From: Eledone cirrhosa
Taxonomy: Eukaryota
Reading direction: 5' to 3'
Assembly (NCBI GenBank): GCA_964016885.1
Contig: OZ024765.1
Coordinates: forward strand, 310,001 to 374,000
Length of the DNA: 64,000 nucleotides
A program made the position numbers and the translations under genes. Shown here in pieces: positions 1 through 17,583 of the stretch. The notes beneath the pieces were generated by a model, which saw nothing but the letters and a program-made list of their open reading frames with translations, was not told the DNA's origin and did not search any database. Position 1 is the stretch's first letter. The number at the start of each line of letters is the position of its first letter.

Positions 1-893
<893 letters not shown>

Positions 894-1026
894 TAGTATT
901 ACTATTATTATTGTTGTTATCGTTTAAGGTTTCGTTTATTTACTTCGTATAATATGGAAGATTTGAATTACAGTGTAAAATAGAAATTACCAGAAATAAT
1001 ATGTTATTCTTTCAATGCAAACATGC

Positions 1027-2960
<1,934 letters not shown>

Positions 2961-3468
2961 CATGCAATGTAAATAACGCTAATACGAGTTTCTGACATTT
3001 TGGCAGAACCTACCACAATCACATTTGCTATGAAATCATTCAATAGTAAAATACTAAACAAATAATTATTGTAGAATACACACAACTTCGCCATGTTACA
3101 TCAGAGTCAGCAGGCAAGATAGCAAGCAAATTCTATTGGATTTCTGATAGGAAATATCTAAATAAAATAGTGGATAAACGTGAGGGAGAAAAATGGCGAC
3201 TCAACCAAGATGATTTGGCAAAGAAAATATGCATTTCTAGAATATGAATTCCATGTCTGATGTTTGCAGGACGCGGCGTCGTAACAAATGTTGGAATGAT
3301 TGAATTTTCGACTCTGGCAGTGCCGCGCTAATGCTGATAATACCATCTGAGAAGATTTGGGTAGATTTGGTACACGATAAATCCGGAGTAGTTAAGTGTA
3401 CGTATATATATATAAGAAGAATTTAAAATATGGTTAAGAAAGTACCATGTATTTTATTATGCGCATTT

Positions 3469-3542
<74 letters not shown>

Positions 3543-3722
3543 ATATATATATAGAGAGAGATATATATGTGTGTGTGTGCCTATGCATATATATATATAT
3601 ATGTGTCTGTGTTTATATACACGAGTGCCTGTGCGTTGAATATATACATATATATATGAGATTATATATATACATTTATATATATACATATATACATACA
3701 CAAACACACACATATATATATA

Positions 3723-3755
<33 letters not shown>

Positions 3756-3785
3756 ATATACATGAGTGTCTCTGTGTTTAATGTG

Positions 3786-3859
<74 letters not shown>

Positions 3860-4567
3860 CTTATATATATATAGGAATATATACATGTATATATATATAT
3901 ATTTATGTACTATAAATAAATATATATTTCAATAGAGCGAGAGAGAAATAAAAAGGCACACTCACACACACACCCACACACACACACACGCACACAAACA
4001 CACATACCCACACACATACACACACATATATATATGTGTGTATATCTGTGTGTATGTGTATAGTGTCAACCTACCTAATATCCGCAAATAATTTCCAACC
4101 CAACACCTCCCACTCCCTCCCATTTGCGAACCCATATCCCATCCCATCCCATTCCATTCCACATCCAACACACGTCGATACACGTTAAAGCATATCTCTC
4201 CATTGATGCACTAAACGAGCTATTCGCGTCCTCCATTCTTTTGAGTAGCAACTCGGTGCAATGTCGTTGCTTCTGGCAGTCCCGGTCATATTTTTACACT
4301 CGCTGTTTAGTGCAAACGTCAAAATATTGGCTCGTCTCTTTTTAAATTTCTTCCCCATTAAAAACAAATGAGAATTTTGTATGCACTTTTAATGCGATTG
4401 TATTTGGTATGTTAATAGCTTTGTTCAAGTCTCTCTACACGATGTAATGAATGTATAATATATATACACCGTGTAGTAAATATATATACATGTGTGTGTG
4501 TATGTTTGTTTCACAATGTCTCTTTTTCTCTTTCTTAGTGTCTCAACATATATGTGTACAGGTTTAT

Positions 4568-4650
<83 letters not shown>

Positions 4651-4891
4651 CACACATGTATATATATATATATATTGCATATATACGTATATTCCTATGC
4701 ATATGTATGTATACACGTTAGCATTTATATATGTATTTATGGACATATATATATACATGAAATATCTTATATATATATTTATGTAAACATATATATATAT
4801 ACACAACATATCTAATATATACGTATATATATATATATATACATAAAATATCTTATGGTTCATCTGGTTCCTTACCATACCTCCTTCGTTT

Positions 4892-4967
<76 letters not shown>

Positions 4968-5699
4968 TATATATATGCACACATATACATATACACATCC
5001 ATATGACAAATATAAAGATATATCGCTACATACATACATATATCCATAAATAATATGTATTTGTCTAATTTGGGGTGTTACATTACCAATCCCATAATCC
5101 ATTTTCCAACATTATATTTTATATAATTATTATATATTTCATACATTTATCTAACTTGTAAATCCCATATTTAAATTCGCCATAATTAGTTATAATAAAA
5201 CATATTTCTGAATTACATTTGTTCATGCAAACCAATATAATGAAATTTTGAAAAAAACGAATTCCAGCCTGTGACTTTAAAACCATCCATTTTCCTTATT
5301 TAAAATTATTATTTCAAAATTGTTATTGTATTTATAATTCCTCTTCTTAGTTTTTATTATTTCTACCGTTATTATTTTAGTTTTCATGAATTATTTAGTT
5401 ATTTTTTAAAGACATTTTTGTCATTCAACCGAATCTGTTCAACTGAAGAGGAAAGTCAAACAAAATGGCTGATTTTTCTATAAAATGAACGCCGAAAAAC
5501 AGAATCGAAAAGGAATAAACATTATGAGATTAATAAAACTCGTGATTACCCACCATTTCCACTTCCACTCGTCTTTGCTTTTTTCTCCTTTTCTTGGTCC
5601 TTTCTCTTATTCTTCTATTGAAAATACATTTTGGTAAAATGATCCTAAGTAAGGATTTAAAAATTAGAAATCATTATTATCATTATTATTATTATTATT

Positions 5700-5886
5700 A
5701 TGGTGAATTGGTAGTATCGGTAGAGGATTCGCCGCCATGCTTTAAAGCAGAGTTACGTCCCTTTACATTCTGAGTTCAAATCCCGCCAAGTTTAAATTTG
5801 CCTTTCATCCTTAAGGGGTCGATAAAATAAAGTACCAGTAATGTACTGTGATAATTGCTGGCCTTGTGCCAAAAGTAGAAACAATT
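5700..5886 (+). mobile_element. tRNA-derived SINE, full length (octopod-type family)
   Basis: A-box-like TGGTAGTATCGG, B-box GAGTTCAAATCC, core TTTGCCTTTCATCCTT..GGGGTCGATAAAATAAAGTACCAGT, 3' end GCTGGCCTTGTGCCAAAAGTAGAAACAATT, (TTA)n tail. Many copies in the window. Confidence 0.85.
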
Positions 5887-5937
5887 ATCATTATAACTAA
5901 TATTATTATTATTATTATTACTATTATTACTATTATT

Positions 5938-6346
5938 GTTCTTTGAGTGTCAGTCATTGATGTTAGTTAACTGGAAAGTCCGTTGGAATGAATATCAAGC
6001 CACTACCTGCAGCCTCAGATATTCAGGACGTATCGGAGGGTTCTTGCTGTTCCCAGCAAGCATGCCTTTTGAAGCGTTCCAAAAAGTGTGAAGGGGCCAA
6101 TTTTCTTTAACCATCTCTGGAAACGTTTTGAGATAGTCCCTAGTGCGCCTATGACAATCGGGATCACTTTGACTTCATGGCAGTTCCAAATCCTTTTTAC
6201 CTCCCACTTTAAGTCTTAGTACCGGTTCATTTTCTCCCTCTCCTTCTCTCGCACTCTCGTTTCGAATGGGCAGGCCACATCCACAATCAAGCACGATCTT
6301 TTTTCTTTGTCCAAAACCACCAGGTCAGGTCTATTGTGTTCCATAT
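5938..6346 (-). mobile_element. R4/Dong-type retrotransposon 3' fragment (restriction-like endonuclease plus 3' UTR)
   Basis: Translation HNRPDLVVLDKEKRSCLIVDVACPFE...EKMNRY*DLKWEVKRIW...VIPIVIGALG...QKACLLGTARTLRYVLNI* is a PD-(D/E)xK RLE C-terminus with one internal stop. Flanked by (TTA)n on the left and (TTC)n(TTA)n on the right. Confidence 0.9.
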
Positions 6347-6437
6347 TCTTCTTCTTCTTCTTCTTCTTCTTCTTCTTCTTCTTCTTCTTCTTCTTCTTCT
6401 TCTTCTTCTTCTTCTTCTTCTTCTTCTTCTTCTTCTT

Positions 6438-6543
<106 letters not shown>

Positions 6544-6843
6544 GTATTATCTTCATTATAAGAATAATACAAATTAATTTTATTATTATTGGTGTTGTAA
6601 TAAAGAAATTATATTTGTTCTCTTATTGCAGCTGTTGGTGTTGTTCTTGTTGTTGTCGTTATTGTTAATATTGTTTCTGTCGCCACCGGAAGTTGTTTTC
6701 TATGCCTCAAATAATAATAATGTTTTTATTAAGTTTTTAATAAAATATTTCTGACTGGCTGTATTTCTCCTCCCCCCCTCTCTACATATATATGTGTGCG
6801 TGTCTGTATGCATGTATATTATATACACATATATATTTATATG

Positions 6844-6938
<95 letters not shown>

Positions 6939-6951
6939 TATATATCTATGA

Positions 6952-7004
<53 letters not shown>

Positions 7005-7096
7005 GATAGATACGTATGTGTGTATATGTATTATAGTATGCCGTGTTTATTTCCATAGGCCCAGCTAAAATTGTGGTTATATTTCCCAAGTGTGTG

Positions 7097-7128
<32 letters not shown>

Positions 7129-7435
7129 TAGAGACAGACAGCCAGACAGACAGACAAAGACAGTGAGATAAAGATTGTGCGAGAGTGTGAGAGAGAGAGA
7201 GAGAAAGAGAAGGAAAGATAGAAATATATAGAGAAAGAAAGTGAAAAGGAAAGAGAGGACGAAAGAAAGTGAAAGAGATTAAGAAAGGAAGAAAGGAAGG
7301 AAAAGCAAAGTGAAAGAAAGTGAAAAAGAACGAGAGAAAGAGAGAACGAGAGAAACGAAGAGAAAGAAAGTAATAAAGAACGAGAGAAAGAAAGAAAGAA
7401 AGAAAGAAAGAATGAAAGAAAGAAAGAAAGAAATA

Positions 7436-7482
<47 letters not shown>

Positions 7483-8239
7483 TGGAAAATAAAGAGAGAA
7501 CGAGAGAGAAAGAAAGAAAGAAAGAGTGCTGTTCTTGTCTATATTTCTGTGACTGATGTCAACTCCTAACCCGCCATATTTAGATTGAAACAAGTGTAGT
7601 CTTCTTTAAAAATTTCAATTTCTATTATTCAAGAACAAAAGGTCTTACAGTAACAATGTTGAAAATTCTCTTTTGTTCGAGAAAAGCTCAGTAACCGGGC
7701 GTGTTCATAGAGGCGAGTGCATGTGTTTCAATGGACTACATTCAAAGAATGAGTGTGAATAGGTCGCTAGAGTTTTATGAAAAGGAGAATTGTAAAATTT
7801 TTCGTTTCGTTTCAACAAAATTCTACAAAAACCTGAACTGTGTTACACAACCTCGCTGGGATAAACCAGCTGAATGAAAATTAATTCTGCTTTGCTTCTA
7901 ATACCATTGAAATACTTTAGTTCGTTTATTCCACAGCGGTTGCAACATAGGAAAACATATTTAATTAACTTACACCTTATACGAGTTTTTCAGCCATTTT
8001 TAAATTCAGACATTTTACTGAAGAGAACAGTCGATAAGGTTTCTTCACTCACTGAATAATATTGAACTTAGCTACTACTAACTTTGGAATTAATTTATCG
8101 ATCTCTTCTCGCTACGATTGTTTAGATCATCTTAACTGCAAAGGGACACCAGTGGTGAACGAATGTCTAAAAGCTACTGTGTATATATTTAGGTTCTACA
8201 TTTTAATATATATATATATATACACACACTCATGCATTA

Positions 8240-8295
<56 letters not shown>

Positions 8296-8316
8296 TATAC
8301 ATACACATACTCACAC

Positions 8317-8358
<42 letters not shown>

Positions 8359-8379
8359 TATACATACACATACTCACAC

Positions 8380-8436
<57 letters not shown>

Positions 8437-8574
8437 GTTTGTGTGGGCTTGTATGTATATGTATATGTAAACACATATATGTACAGGAAACACACACACA
8501 TATATATATCTATATATCTATATCCATACATATATAAATATATATATACATATATATATACATATATATACATG

Positions 8575-8675
<101 letters not shown>

Positions 8676-8679
8676 ACAT

Positions 8680-8742
<63 letters not shown>

Positions 8743-8749
8743 TATACAT

Positions 8750-8820
<71 letters not shown>

Positions 8821-8861
8821 ACAGTGCATATATATATATAGATAGATAGATATTTATAACA

Positions 8862-8904
<43 letters not shown>

Positions 8905-8969
8905 CATATACATATTTCCGTGTGCAGATGCATGTATGTACATACATATATACATATATATAAGTATTC

Positions 8970-9057
<88 letters not shown>

Positions 9058-9383
9058 TACGGTGTGCAGGTGCATGTGTATACATACATACATATATATC
9101 TATCAAAGGTCGTCTTAATATTTCTATAATGGCGTTATTTTTCTATTGTTGTGCATCTGAGCATTGTGTTATAATTCTATTTCTGTGTGTAGAATATTAC
9201 TTTATCCTTAAATAACACAGAACACCATATTAGGTCGTACACTCTGTTGTTATTTGATGTAGATTTGCTGTACGTTTCCATTAGAGAGAACGGACTTATA
9301 AATAGCTTCTACACGGGAAATCGTAGTTGCTAGATCTTATAAAGATGTGTGTAGGGATACTGAGGAAAATCTTGGGTGAGTAT

Positions 9384-10025
9384 TGTACACTCGGTCGTTT
9401 AATGTTAAAAAGACAGACTTTAACACTGTGGTAGACTGGTGTAATTAACAGGGGAAGTCTTGTGTTTTGTACTCTGGGTCGTTTAATGCCAAGAAAACAG
9501 ACTTTAATACTGTAATGGACTGGTGTACTGTCCTGGGGTAGTCTTGTATACTCAGTGATTTAATGCCACGAAGACAGACTTTAACACTGTGGTGGACTGG
9601 TCTACTGTCCAGAGCTCGTCTTGTGCTCTCAAATGTTTAATGACAAGAAGACAGATGGACTGGTGTACTCTCCTGGACTGGTGTACTCTCCTGGACTGGT
9701 GTACTCTCCTGGGGGTAGTCTTGTACTCTCGGTCGTTTAATGACAAGAAGACAATTTAAAAACCCAGGCCTGGTGAGCCTCGAAGCTCCTGGTGTATTGT
9801 CCAGGGGAAATCTTATACTTTCACTCGTTTAATATCAAAAAGACCAACTTGTGGTGGACTGGTGGACTGTCCTTGAGTAGCCTTGTACTCTCAGATGTTT
9901 AATGCCAGGTAGACAATTTTATAAACCCAGGCCTGGTGTGCCTCGGAGCTCCTGGTGTATGTCCAGCGGTAATCTGGTACTCTCGGTCAATTAAGGCTAA
10001 TAACACAGACTTTAACACTGTGATT
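9384..10025. repeat. Diverged tandem array, about 8-9 units of ~77 bp
   Basis: By-eye consensus GTACTCTCGGTCGTTTAATGACAAGAAGACAGACTTTAACACTGTGGTGGACTGGTGTACTGTCCTGGGGTAGTCTT. Contains an internal 18-bp triplication at about 9656-9710. Two units carry AAACCCAGGCCTGGTG.GCCTCG.AGCTCC. Confidence 0.85.
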
Positions 10026-10052
10026 AACTGACTTGAAATTATAGGAAAAGTG

Positions 10053-10088
10053 TCTTAATGTTTCGGATAATAGGCCTTCATCTGAAGA
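10053..10088 (-). ncRNA. Decayed hammerhead motif (family B)
   Basis: tctt-CAGATGA-aggcctattatcc-GAAAC-ATT-aaga. Flanks are homologous to about 51020-51150. Confidence 0.55.
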
Positions 10089-10448
10089 GAGAATAAGAAG
10101 GAAAAGATGAAAGATTGTGTGTTTTAGGAACGTAAAGAATTCATAAAAAATACTCACCTGCCTATTCAGTTTATATAAACACACAAACACAAACACACAC
10201 ACACACGCACACACACGCACACACACACATATATATATATACATATATATATATATATTCACATAATACATATATTTATATTATATATATATTTTTGTAT
10301 ATATATTTTTGTATATATATTTTATATATATATATATATACGTGTGCATCTTTGTTTGGTGTCAATTTGAATTAATATCTTAATATATTCATTTATTACA
10401 CTTTCGCTGATCTAATATAATAATTGAATTATTTTTTTATCATTCTCG

Positions 10449-10516
<68 letters not shown>

Positions 10517-10532
10517 CAATAATAATAATAAT

Positions 10533-10625
10533 AATTGTTTTTACTTTTGGCACAAGGCCACCAATTACCCAGTACATTACTGGTACTTTATTTTATCGAC
10601 TCCGCACGGATGAAAGGCTAAGTCA
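10533..10625 (-). mobile_element. SINE 3' fragment
   Basis: Reverse complement of the family core and 3' end (ACTGGTACTTTATTTTATCGAC; TTTTGGCACAAGGCCA). Confidence 0.8.
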
Positions 10626-11109
10626 ATAATAATAATAATAATGCTTCTAATACTACTACAATACAGTCACCAGCAGCAGTAGCAGTAGTAGTAGTAGCAG
10701 TAGTAGTAGTAGTAGTATAGTAGTAGTAGTAGTAGTAGTATAGTAGTAGTAGTAGTAGTAGTAGCAGTAGTACAGCTACTAATACTACTATTACTACCAA
10801 TAATGTTGATGATAACAATAATATTTATATATTTTATACAGTTTCTCGTGACATTCTCGTTGTGAAAACAATTTACGGTTTATTCCTGAAGCGACTCAGC
10901 GTCAGTTTAGGTGCAGTGACTCAGCGTTCCATTGTCTCTGTATCTGAGGGGAAACAAATAATCAATGGCTAGAGTCTCATCATCACCGTCGTCATTGTAC
11001 TTCTCGTCGTCATTATAATTGTCATCGTCATCATCATCATCGTCATCTTCAATATAATTGTCACCATCATCATCATCATCATCATCGTCATCTTCAATAT
11101 AAGTGTCAC

Positions 11110-11158
<49 letters not shown>

Positions 11159-11325
11159 GGCATCTTCAATATAATTGACACCATCATCGTCATCGGCATC
11201 GCCATCGTCGTCATCATCGTCAATATCATTGTCATCATCATCATCGTAATCATCATCAAAGTCATCGACGCTAGTAGTAGTAGTAGTAGTAATGTTAGTA
11301 GTAGTAGTAGTGGTGGTAGTAGTGT

Positions 11326-11547
11326 CAAAAGTAGAAACACTTATTACGGGGTCGATAAAATAAAGTACCAGTAATGTACTGGGGTTATTGCTGGCCAAAA
11401 GTAGATACAATTATTATTACTGTTGTTATTACTGTTATTATTGTTTGAGGTTAACTTTGCCTTTCATCCTTACGGGGTCGATAAAATAAAGTACCAGTAA
11501 TGTACTGGGATAATTGCTGGCCTTGTGCCAAAAAGTAGAAACAATTA
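11326..11547 (+). mobile_element. Two tandem SINE 3' fragments
   Basis: GGGGTCGATAAAATAAAGTACCAGTAATGTACTGG occurs twice, at about 11348 and 11474. Confidence 0.8.
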
Positions 11548-11944
11548 TTGTTTAAATAAATACAAAAAAAACAATAAAGAAAACATTATTATTGTTATTA
11601 TTATTATTATTGTTATTACTAGTTCCATTATTTGTATTAGATTTCATATATTTTCTAATTAATCTCACATTTACAACATTTACAATTCATCAGATGAAAA
11701 AATATAACTAATTCTTCCTCATATTTATCGTCCATTTTCTATAGATTCTATTTTACATATGGCATCGTATTTTTTGTATTTATTTTGTCTGATGTATGGT
11801 GTATATATATCTATTCAATGTTTTTTTTTGTGCTAATCAGAAGATTTATAGTAAATAAAGTAATATATTTTAATCTCAACATTGCAATAACTATTTATTT
11901 CACCCAACCCTACTCTATATCTTTGTGATTTTTCTTTCTCTCAC

Positions 11945-12608
11945 ATATACACACGCAGACATACTCACGCATACAGACACAAAACACACATATACACACG
12001 GAGGCACACTCATGCATACAGAGAACACACACATACGCACAAACATACACACACGCACAGACACACATGCATATAGGGACAACAAACATATATACATACG
12101 CAGACACACACATGCATACAGAGACAAAACATATATACACACGCAGACACACATACATACAGGAACAACACACATATATACATACGCAGACACACACATG
12201 CATACAGAGACAAAACATATATACACGCACAGACACACATGCATACAGGGACAACAAACATATATACATACGCAGACACACATACATACAGGAACAACAC
12301 ACATATATACATACGCAGACACACATACATACAGGAACAACACACATATATACATACGCAGACACACACATGCATACAGAGACAACACACACATATATAC
12401 ACACGCAGACACACATACGTACAGGAACAACACACATATATACATACGCAGACACACACATGCATACAGAGACAAAACATATATACACACGCAAACACAC
12501 ATACATACAGGAACAGCACACATATATACATACGCAGACACACACATGCATACAGAGACAACACACACATATATACACATACACACATATATACACATAC
12601 ACACACAT
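11945..12608. repeat. CA-derived minisatellite with ~42-44-bp units in mixed, partly alternating variants
   Basis: Variants GCAGACACACACATGCATACAGAGACAAAACATATATACACAC and GCAGACACACATACATACAGGAACAACACACATATATACATAC are interleaved. Confidence 0.9.
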
Positions 12609-12739
12609 ATTCTAATTGTGACACTTAACGTATATTAAAAACTGATCTGACAGCCGTTTCGCCAAAAAGACCAATTCAAACATACACACACAGATATACA
12701 TACGTATATATATATATAAATACATTCATATATATATGT

Positions 12740-12775
<36 letters not shown>

Positions 12776-12888
12776 GGAGGTGAGTTTTATTGTAGTACAA
12801 TAAAGCAATGCAGATATCGGATAAGAAGCACTCTACAGTTTGTGGGACTGGAGTATGCATAATATAAGATCAAAAGATGGTTCTCCTG

Positions 12889-12955
12889 TTTTATCTGATG
12901 AAAACACAAATATTATTGTTTGATGATGTTTGTTTTTGAAATGCGCATAATAAAA
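12889..12955 (+). ncRNA. Minimal type I hammerhead ribozyme motif (family A)
   Basis: ttttat-CTGATGA-[stem II acaaatattat/atgatgtttgt]-GAAA-tgcgca-TA-ataaaa. Stem I is 6 bp, stem III is palindromic, and stem II closes with A-U rather than G-C. Confidence 0.75.
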
Positions 12956-12987
12956 TATATTGAACTCCTTTAACCATCTTTTGATCT

Positions 12988-13033
<46 letters not shown>

Positions 13034-13065
13034 GTGTGTGTATATATATTTCGTTTCTTGCATGA

Positions 13066-13133
13066 CAGTGATGATGAGGGACAGAGATCTCTGGAGAGAA
13101 CTCGTCCATGGATCTCACGTATTTTACCTGCCC

Positions 13134-13134
<1 letters not shown>
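13066..13134 (+). mobile_element. Probable RTE-clade LINE 3' tip (inverted second copy at 29425-29480)
   Basis: Encodes [14 protein letters not shown], resembling the RTE C-terminal DRxxWR motif. GAGAGAACTCGTCCATGGATCTC..ATTTTACC.GCCCTA recurs reverse-complemented at 29425-29467. Confidence 0.5.
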
Positions 13135-13204
<70 letters not shown>

Positions 13205-13247
13205 CATATATATGTATAATATATGTATAATATATATATGTATATAT

Positions 13248-13418
<171 letters not shown>

Positions 13419-13447
13419 CATGTATATACATATATATATATGTATAT

Positions 13448-13480
<33 letters not shown>

Positions 13481-13590
13481 TGACTATATATATATATATA
13501 TATATATAGAAAGATTTGAATGGATACAGTTTAGTTGAAAGGAATTTATTGACACGTGTTTCTATAACAGTTACAACACAACGGAAAATA

Positions 13591-13635
<45 letters not shown>

Positions 13636-13911
13636 CAAATAAAAAAGAAAACTTTCGATTTACAATAAATGTTATCTGAGTTTTTAGAATATTAATAATA
13701 ACATTCGATTCGTTTTCAATTATGCAAACGACCCTCAATTTTATAGCCATGTCAGTAGAATGAACCCTTCATTCTTGTATTTGTGTTAGCATGTGAACGA
13801 ATCCAATATTATTATTAATATTCGAAAAACTCTGATTACATTTATATACATACAGTTATACATATATATACATGCCTATATATATGTATATATATATGTA
13901 TACATATATAT

Positions 13912-14041
<130 letters not shown>

Positions 14042-14584
14042 TTATTTTTTATTATTTTTGATAGCTCTGTATCTCGTTATCAAATTCATAAATCGTCGAA
14101 ATTATTTAATATGAATGATAGTACTATTGAAATAATTTGACGTGTGGCTAATTTACATGCAGAGATATGCTAATTTGGAAACTAGACAACACAGGAATAT
14201 TAAACAAGCGAGATAAAAATACATTTCCTTTTTGGAAAGATTTTTTATAATTTTCGGTGTAATTTCTACTTCTTCAAAGGGAATTTTCTGAAAGATATTT
14301 TCTCTCAATGTTGAACTAACGATATATTTCATGATGGAAGTTAACCAGCGTAAATTAAGATAAATTAACAGGATCAATATATTATTGGTATTGATAAATA
14401 TAAATTTGCGTGTGTATGTGTATGTAATTGTGTGTGTTTGCGTATGTATGTGTTTTTGTGTTGTAGGCGTTGTTTGTGTGCATGGGGACAAAATCTGCGT
14501 GTGGGTTTATGTATCACTCTCTCTGTCTGTATATATATGAACACGTGTGGATATATACATACATACACATATATATATATAAAC

Positions 14585-14851
<267 letters not shown>

Positions 14852-15421
14852 CATATATGTATGTATATATCTATGTATGTAAAGCATTGTATGTGTTTGC
14901 GTATGTGTGCCTATATATTCGTATGTGTGTGTATTCGTATATGTGTGCATATGTGTATGTATGCCTCTATATGTTTGTACGTATTTCTTCTTTAAATAGT
15001 GGAGATAAAGACAAACCCGTCATATTTGAATTGTAAATTTATTTACATAGTCATCTGAAATCAAACGAATTCATCAAATTTCCTAAAATACCCGAATTCC
15101 CAACCGCAAAGTCAGCTGTAAAATCATTCGGTATGCAAATATGACTAATCAGGCGGTGTATACTCTTAGAAAACATTATATATTTTTCAAGAGAGTTCAA
15201 AAGAGTGGCAGAAAAAATATACACTATCTTGACACAGGGTAATTATTCTGAAGCAACTTTGTCGATCGTTTCTCTATTCTTCTACTAGAATAATAAAAAA
15301 TAACTTATTGTAATAATTTTCAAGGAATTTATTTGCTGAGATATATATTATATATTTTTCAAGAAAGTTCAAAAGAGTGGCATAAAAGATATACACTCTC
15401 TTGACAACGGGAAATAATTCA

Positions 15422-15626
15422 GGAGCCTTGCCACTGGATGTAGTTCAATGTCATACCCAGGACTTTATTTAACCCATAAATAGGGCCCTAACTGGTACTA
15501 CTACTCCGGGACAGAGCAGACTTTGTAGTGATAACAACTAAGGTGTAACTCCACATTCCCTACAGTTCCTCAACTCCAGAACTGGAGCCTTGCCACTGCA
15601 TGCAGTTTAGTGTCATACTCAGGACA
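15422..15626. repeat. Repeat with ~42-bp direct terminal duplication (period about 162 bp)
   Basis: GGAGCCTTGCCACTG.ATG.AGTT.A.TGTCATAC.CAGGAC at about 15422 and 15584. Confidence 0.7.
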
Positions 15627-15954
15627 TACAATATATATATATATAATATGTATATATAATATATATATATAATATATATATATATAATATATATATATAT
15701 AATATATATATACAATATATATATATAATATATATATATAATATATATATATATAATATATAGTAATAATAATAAATTTCAAGACTAAAATCCAAAGAGG
15801 GCTCGATAAGGATAAATATATATCAAATATATAAGAACCGTAGATCAATAAATATATAATATATATATATATATAATATATATATAATATATATATATAT
15901 AATATATATATATATATATAATATATATATAATATATATATATACAATATATAT

Positions 15955-15999
<45 letters not shown>

Positions 16000-16076
16000 T
16001 ATATATAATATATATATATATAATATATATATATATAATATATATATATATAATATATATATATATATATTATATA

Positions 16077-16108
<32 letters not shown>

Positions 16109-16318
16109 TATATGCATATATATATTATATATATATATAATATATATATATATATAATATATATATATAATATATATATATATAATATATATATATATTA
16201 TATATATATATATAATATATATATATACATATACTCATAATATGATAAAGTGCGGGACTGCGTCCAGAATATATTTTTTCAACCCGTTTGTAAAATAAGT
16301 TGGATAACTTTGAATAAA

Positions 16319-16594
16319 TAATTGTTTCTACTTTTGGCACAAGGCCAGCAAATACCCAGTGTATTACTGGTACTTTATTTTATCGACCCCGTAACGATGA
16401 AAGGCAAAGTTAACCTCGGCGGGATTTGCACTCAGATTGGAAAGGGCCGTAACTCTATGCATCAAAGCAAGGCGTCTGACCCTCTACCGATATTGCCAAT
16501 CCACCCCCACTTTGAATAAATAATTGTTTCTACTTTAGGCACAAGGCCAGCAATTACTCAGTGCATTACTGGTACTTTATTTTATCGATCCCGT
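16319..16594 (-). mobile_element. Full SINE plus duplicated 3' fragment
   Basis: Reverse-complement family sequence at 16319-16510. ACTTTGAATAAATAATTGTTTCTAC is repeated at about 16307 and 16509. Confidence 0.82.
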
Positions 16595-17232
16595 AATTCT
16601 TGATATATATAATATCGTATTTGTTTAATGTATCATAGATTACGTTACTGATTACAGAAGACAGTGTAACACAGTCTCTCTTCAATTTCTGTGTATATAG
16701 TCAATTACGATTTTATTTGATGTGTCATACCTACATGCATATATATTTGCGTATAATATCAATATCCACACTACAGATGCTAGCAGAAAACCACCCGAGG
16801 GTTGGTTTTTCTGCTAGTATATATAATATGTGCTTCAGAAATTCAGTTTTAACACATATACACATAGTATTTCATGCACAATTATATTTCAGATTAATCC
16901 AATTGAAACTAAATTAGTTTCACCAATTTAGTTGATGCTTTCCAGAATTTAATATTTAATATAGAAATACGTTGAAATGACAATATTTTACCGATAGCAA
17001 AGTTAAGCGTTGTATGATGGTAAAACTTTCATAGTTGATTCATGTGAAGTGACGTTGGACATGTGAGGCATCACAGTAGTGTTCTTTGATACGAGCTAGC
17101 TGCCATTACAATCGGATTTGATGGGGAAATGAATGATGAATATTTAAGGCACCTTTAACATTTAAAATTAATTGAATTTAGTTTAGCAATGGTGTTAGTA
17201 TGACTGTGTGTATGTGCGTGGTTGTATGTATG

Positions 17233-17283
<51 letters not shown>

Positions 17284-17293
17284 ATTAGACTAA

Positions 17294-17349
<56 letters not shown>

Positions 17350-17430
17350 GCATTAGACTAATACTATATATATATACATTATACTAATACTATATATGCC
17401 TATAATGTATGTTATATATATATATATATA

Positions 17431-17583
17431 TAGGAACCAGTAAGACCCCGACAGCTGAGCTCAAGCCGTTTCGACGGCTAATTCTGTCCAGTCTTACTGG
17501 TTCCTATTACCCACTCTACTACCTCAAGTATTGAGTACTTTGGTGCGTTATGGTCCACCTGGTTCCTTACCACATTTCCTTCG

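Noticed and set aside
9384-10025. CRISPR-like appearance of the periodic arrays (also 36575-37625)
   Set aside because: Whole units are homologous and diverged, with no identical repeats separated by unique spacers, no cas genes and a eukaryotic context.
10151-10160. Perfect minus-strand splice donor CAG/GTGAGTA
   Set aside because: No plausible upstream exon or acceptor; only about 20 nt separate it from a (TG)n tract.
10907-11410. Asp-rich ORF (DDDDGDNYIEDDDD repeats) resembling acidic biomineral proteins
   Set aside because: It starts inside a SINE and crosses (TAG)n and (CAT)n microsatellites. There is no signal peptide or splice support, and local slippage explains the repeats.
14153-14380. 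Protein-looking minus-strand frame (RENIFQKIPFEEVEITPK...)
   Set aside because: No recognisable domain or clear exon boundaries.
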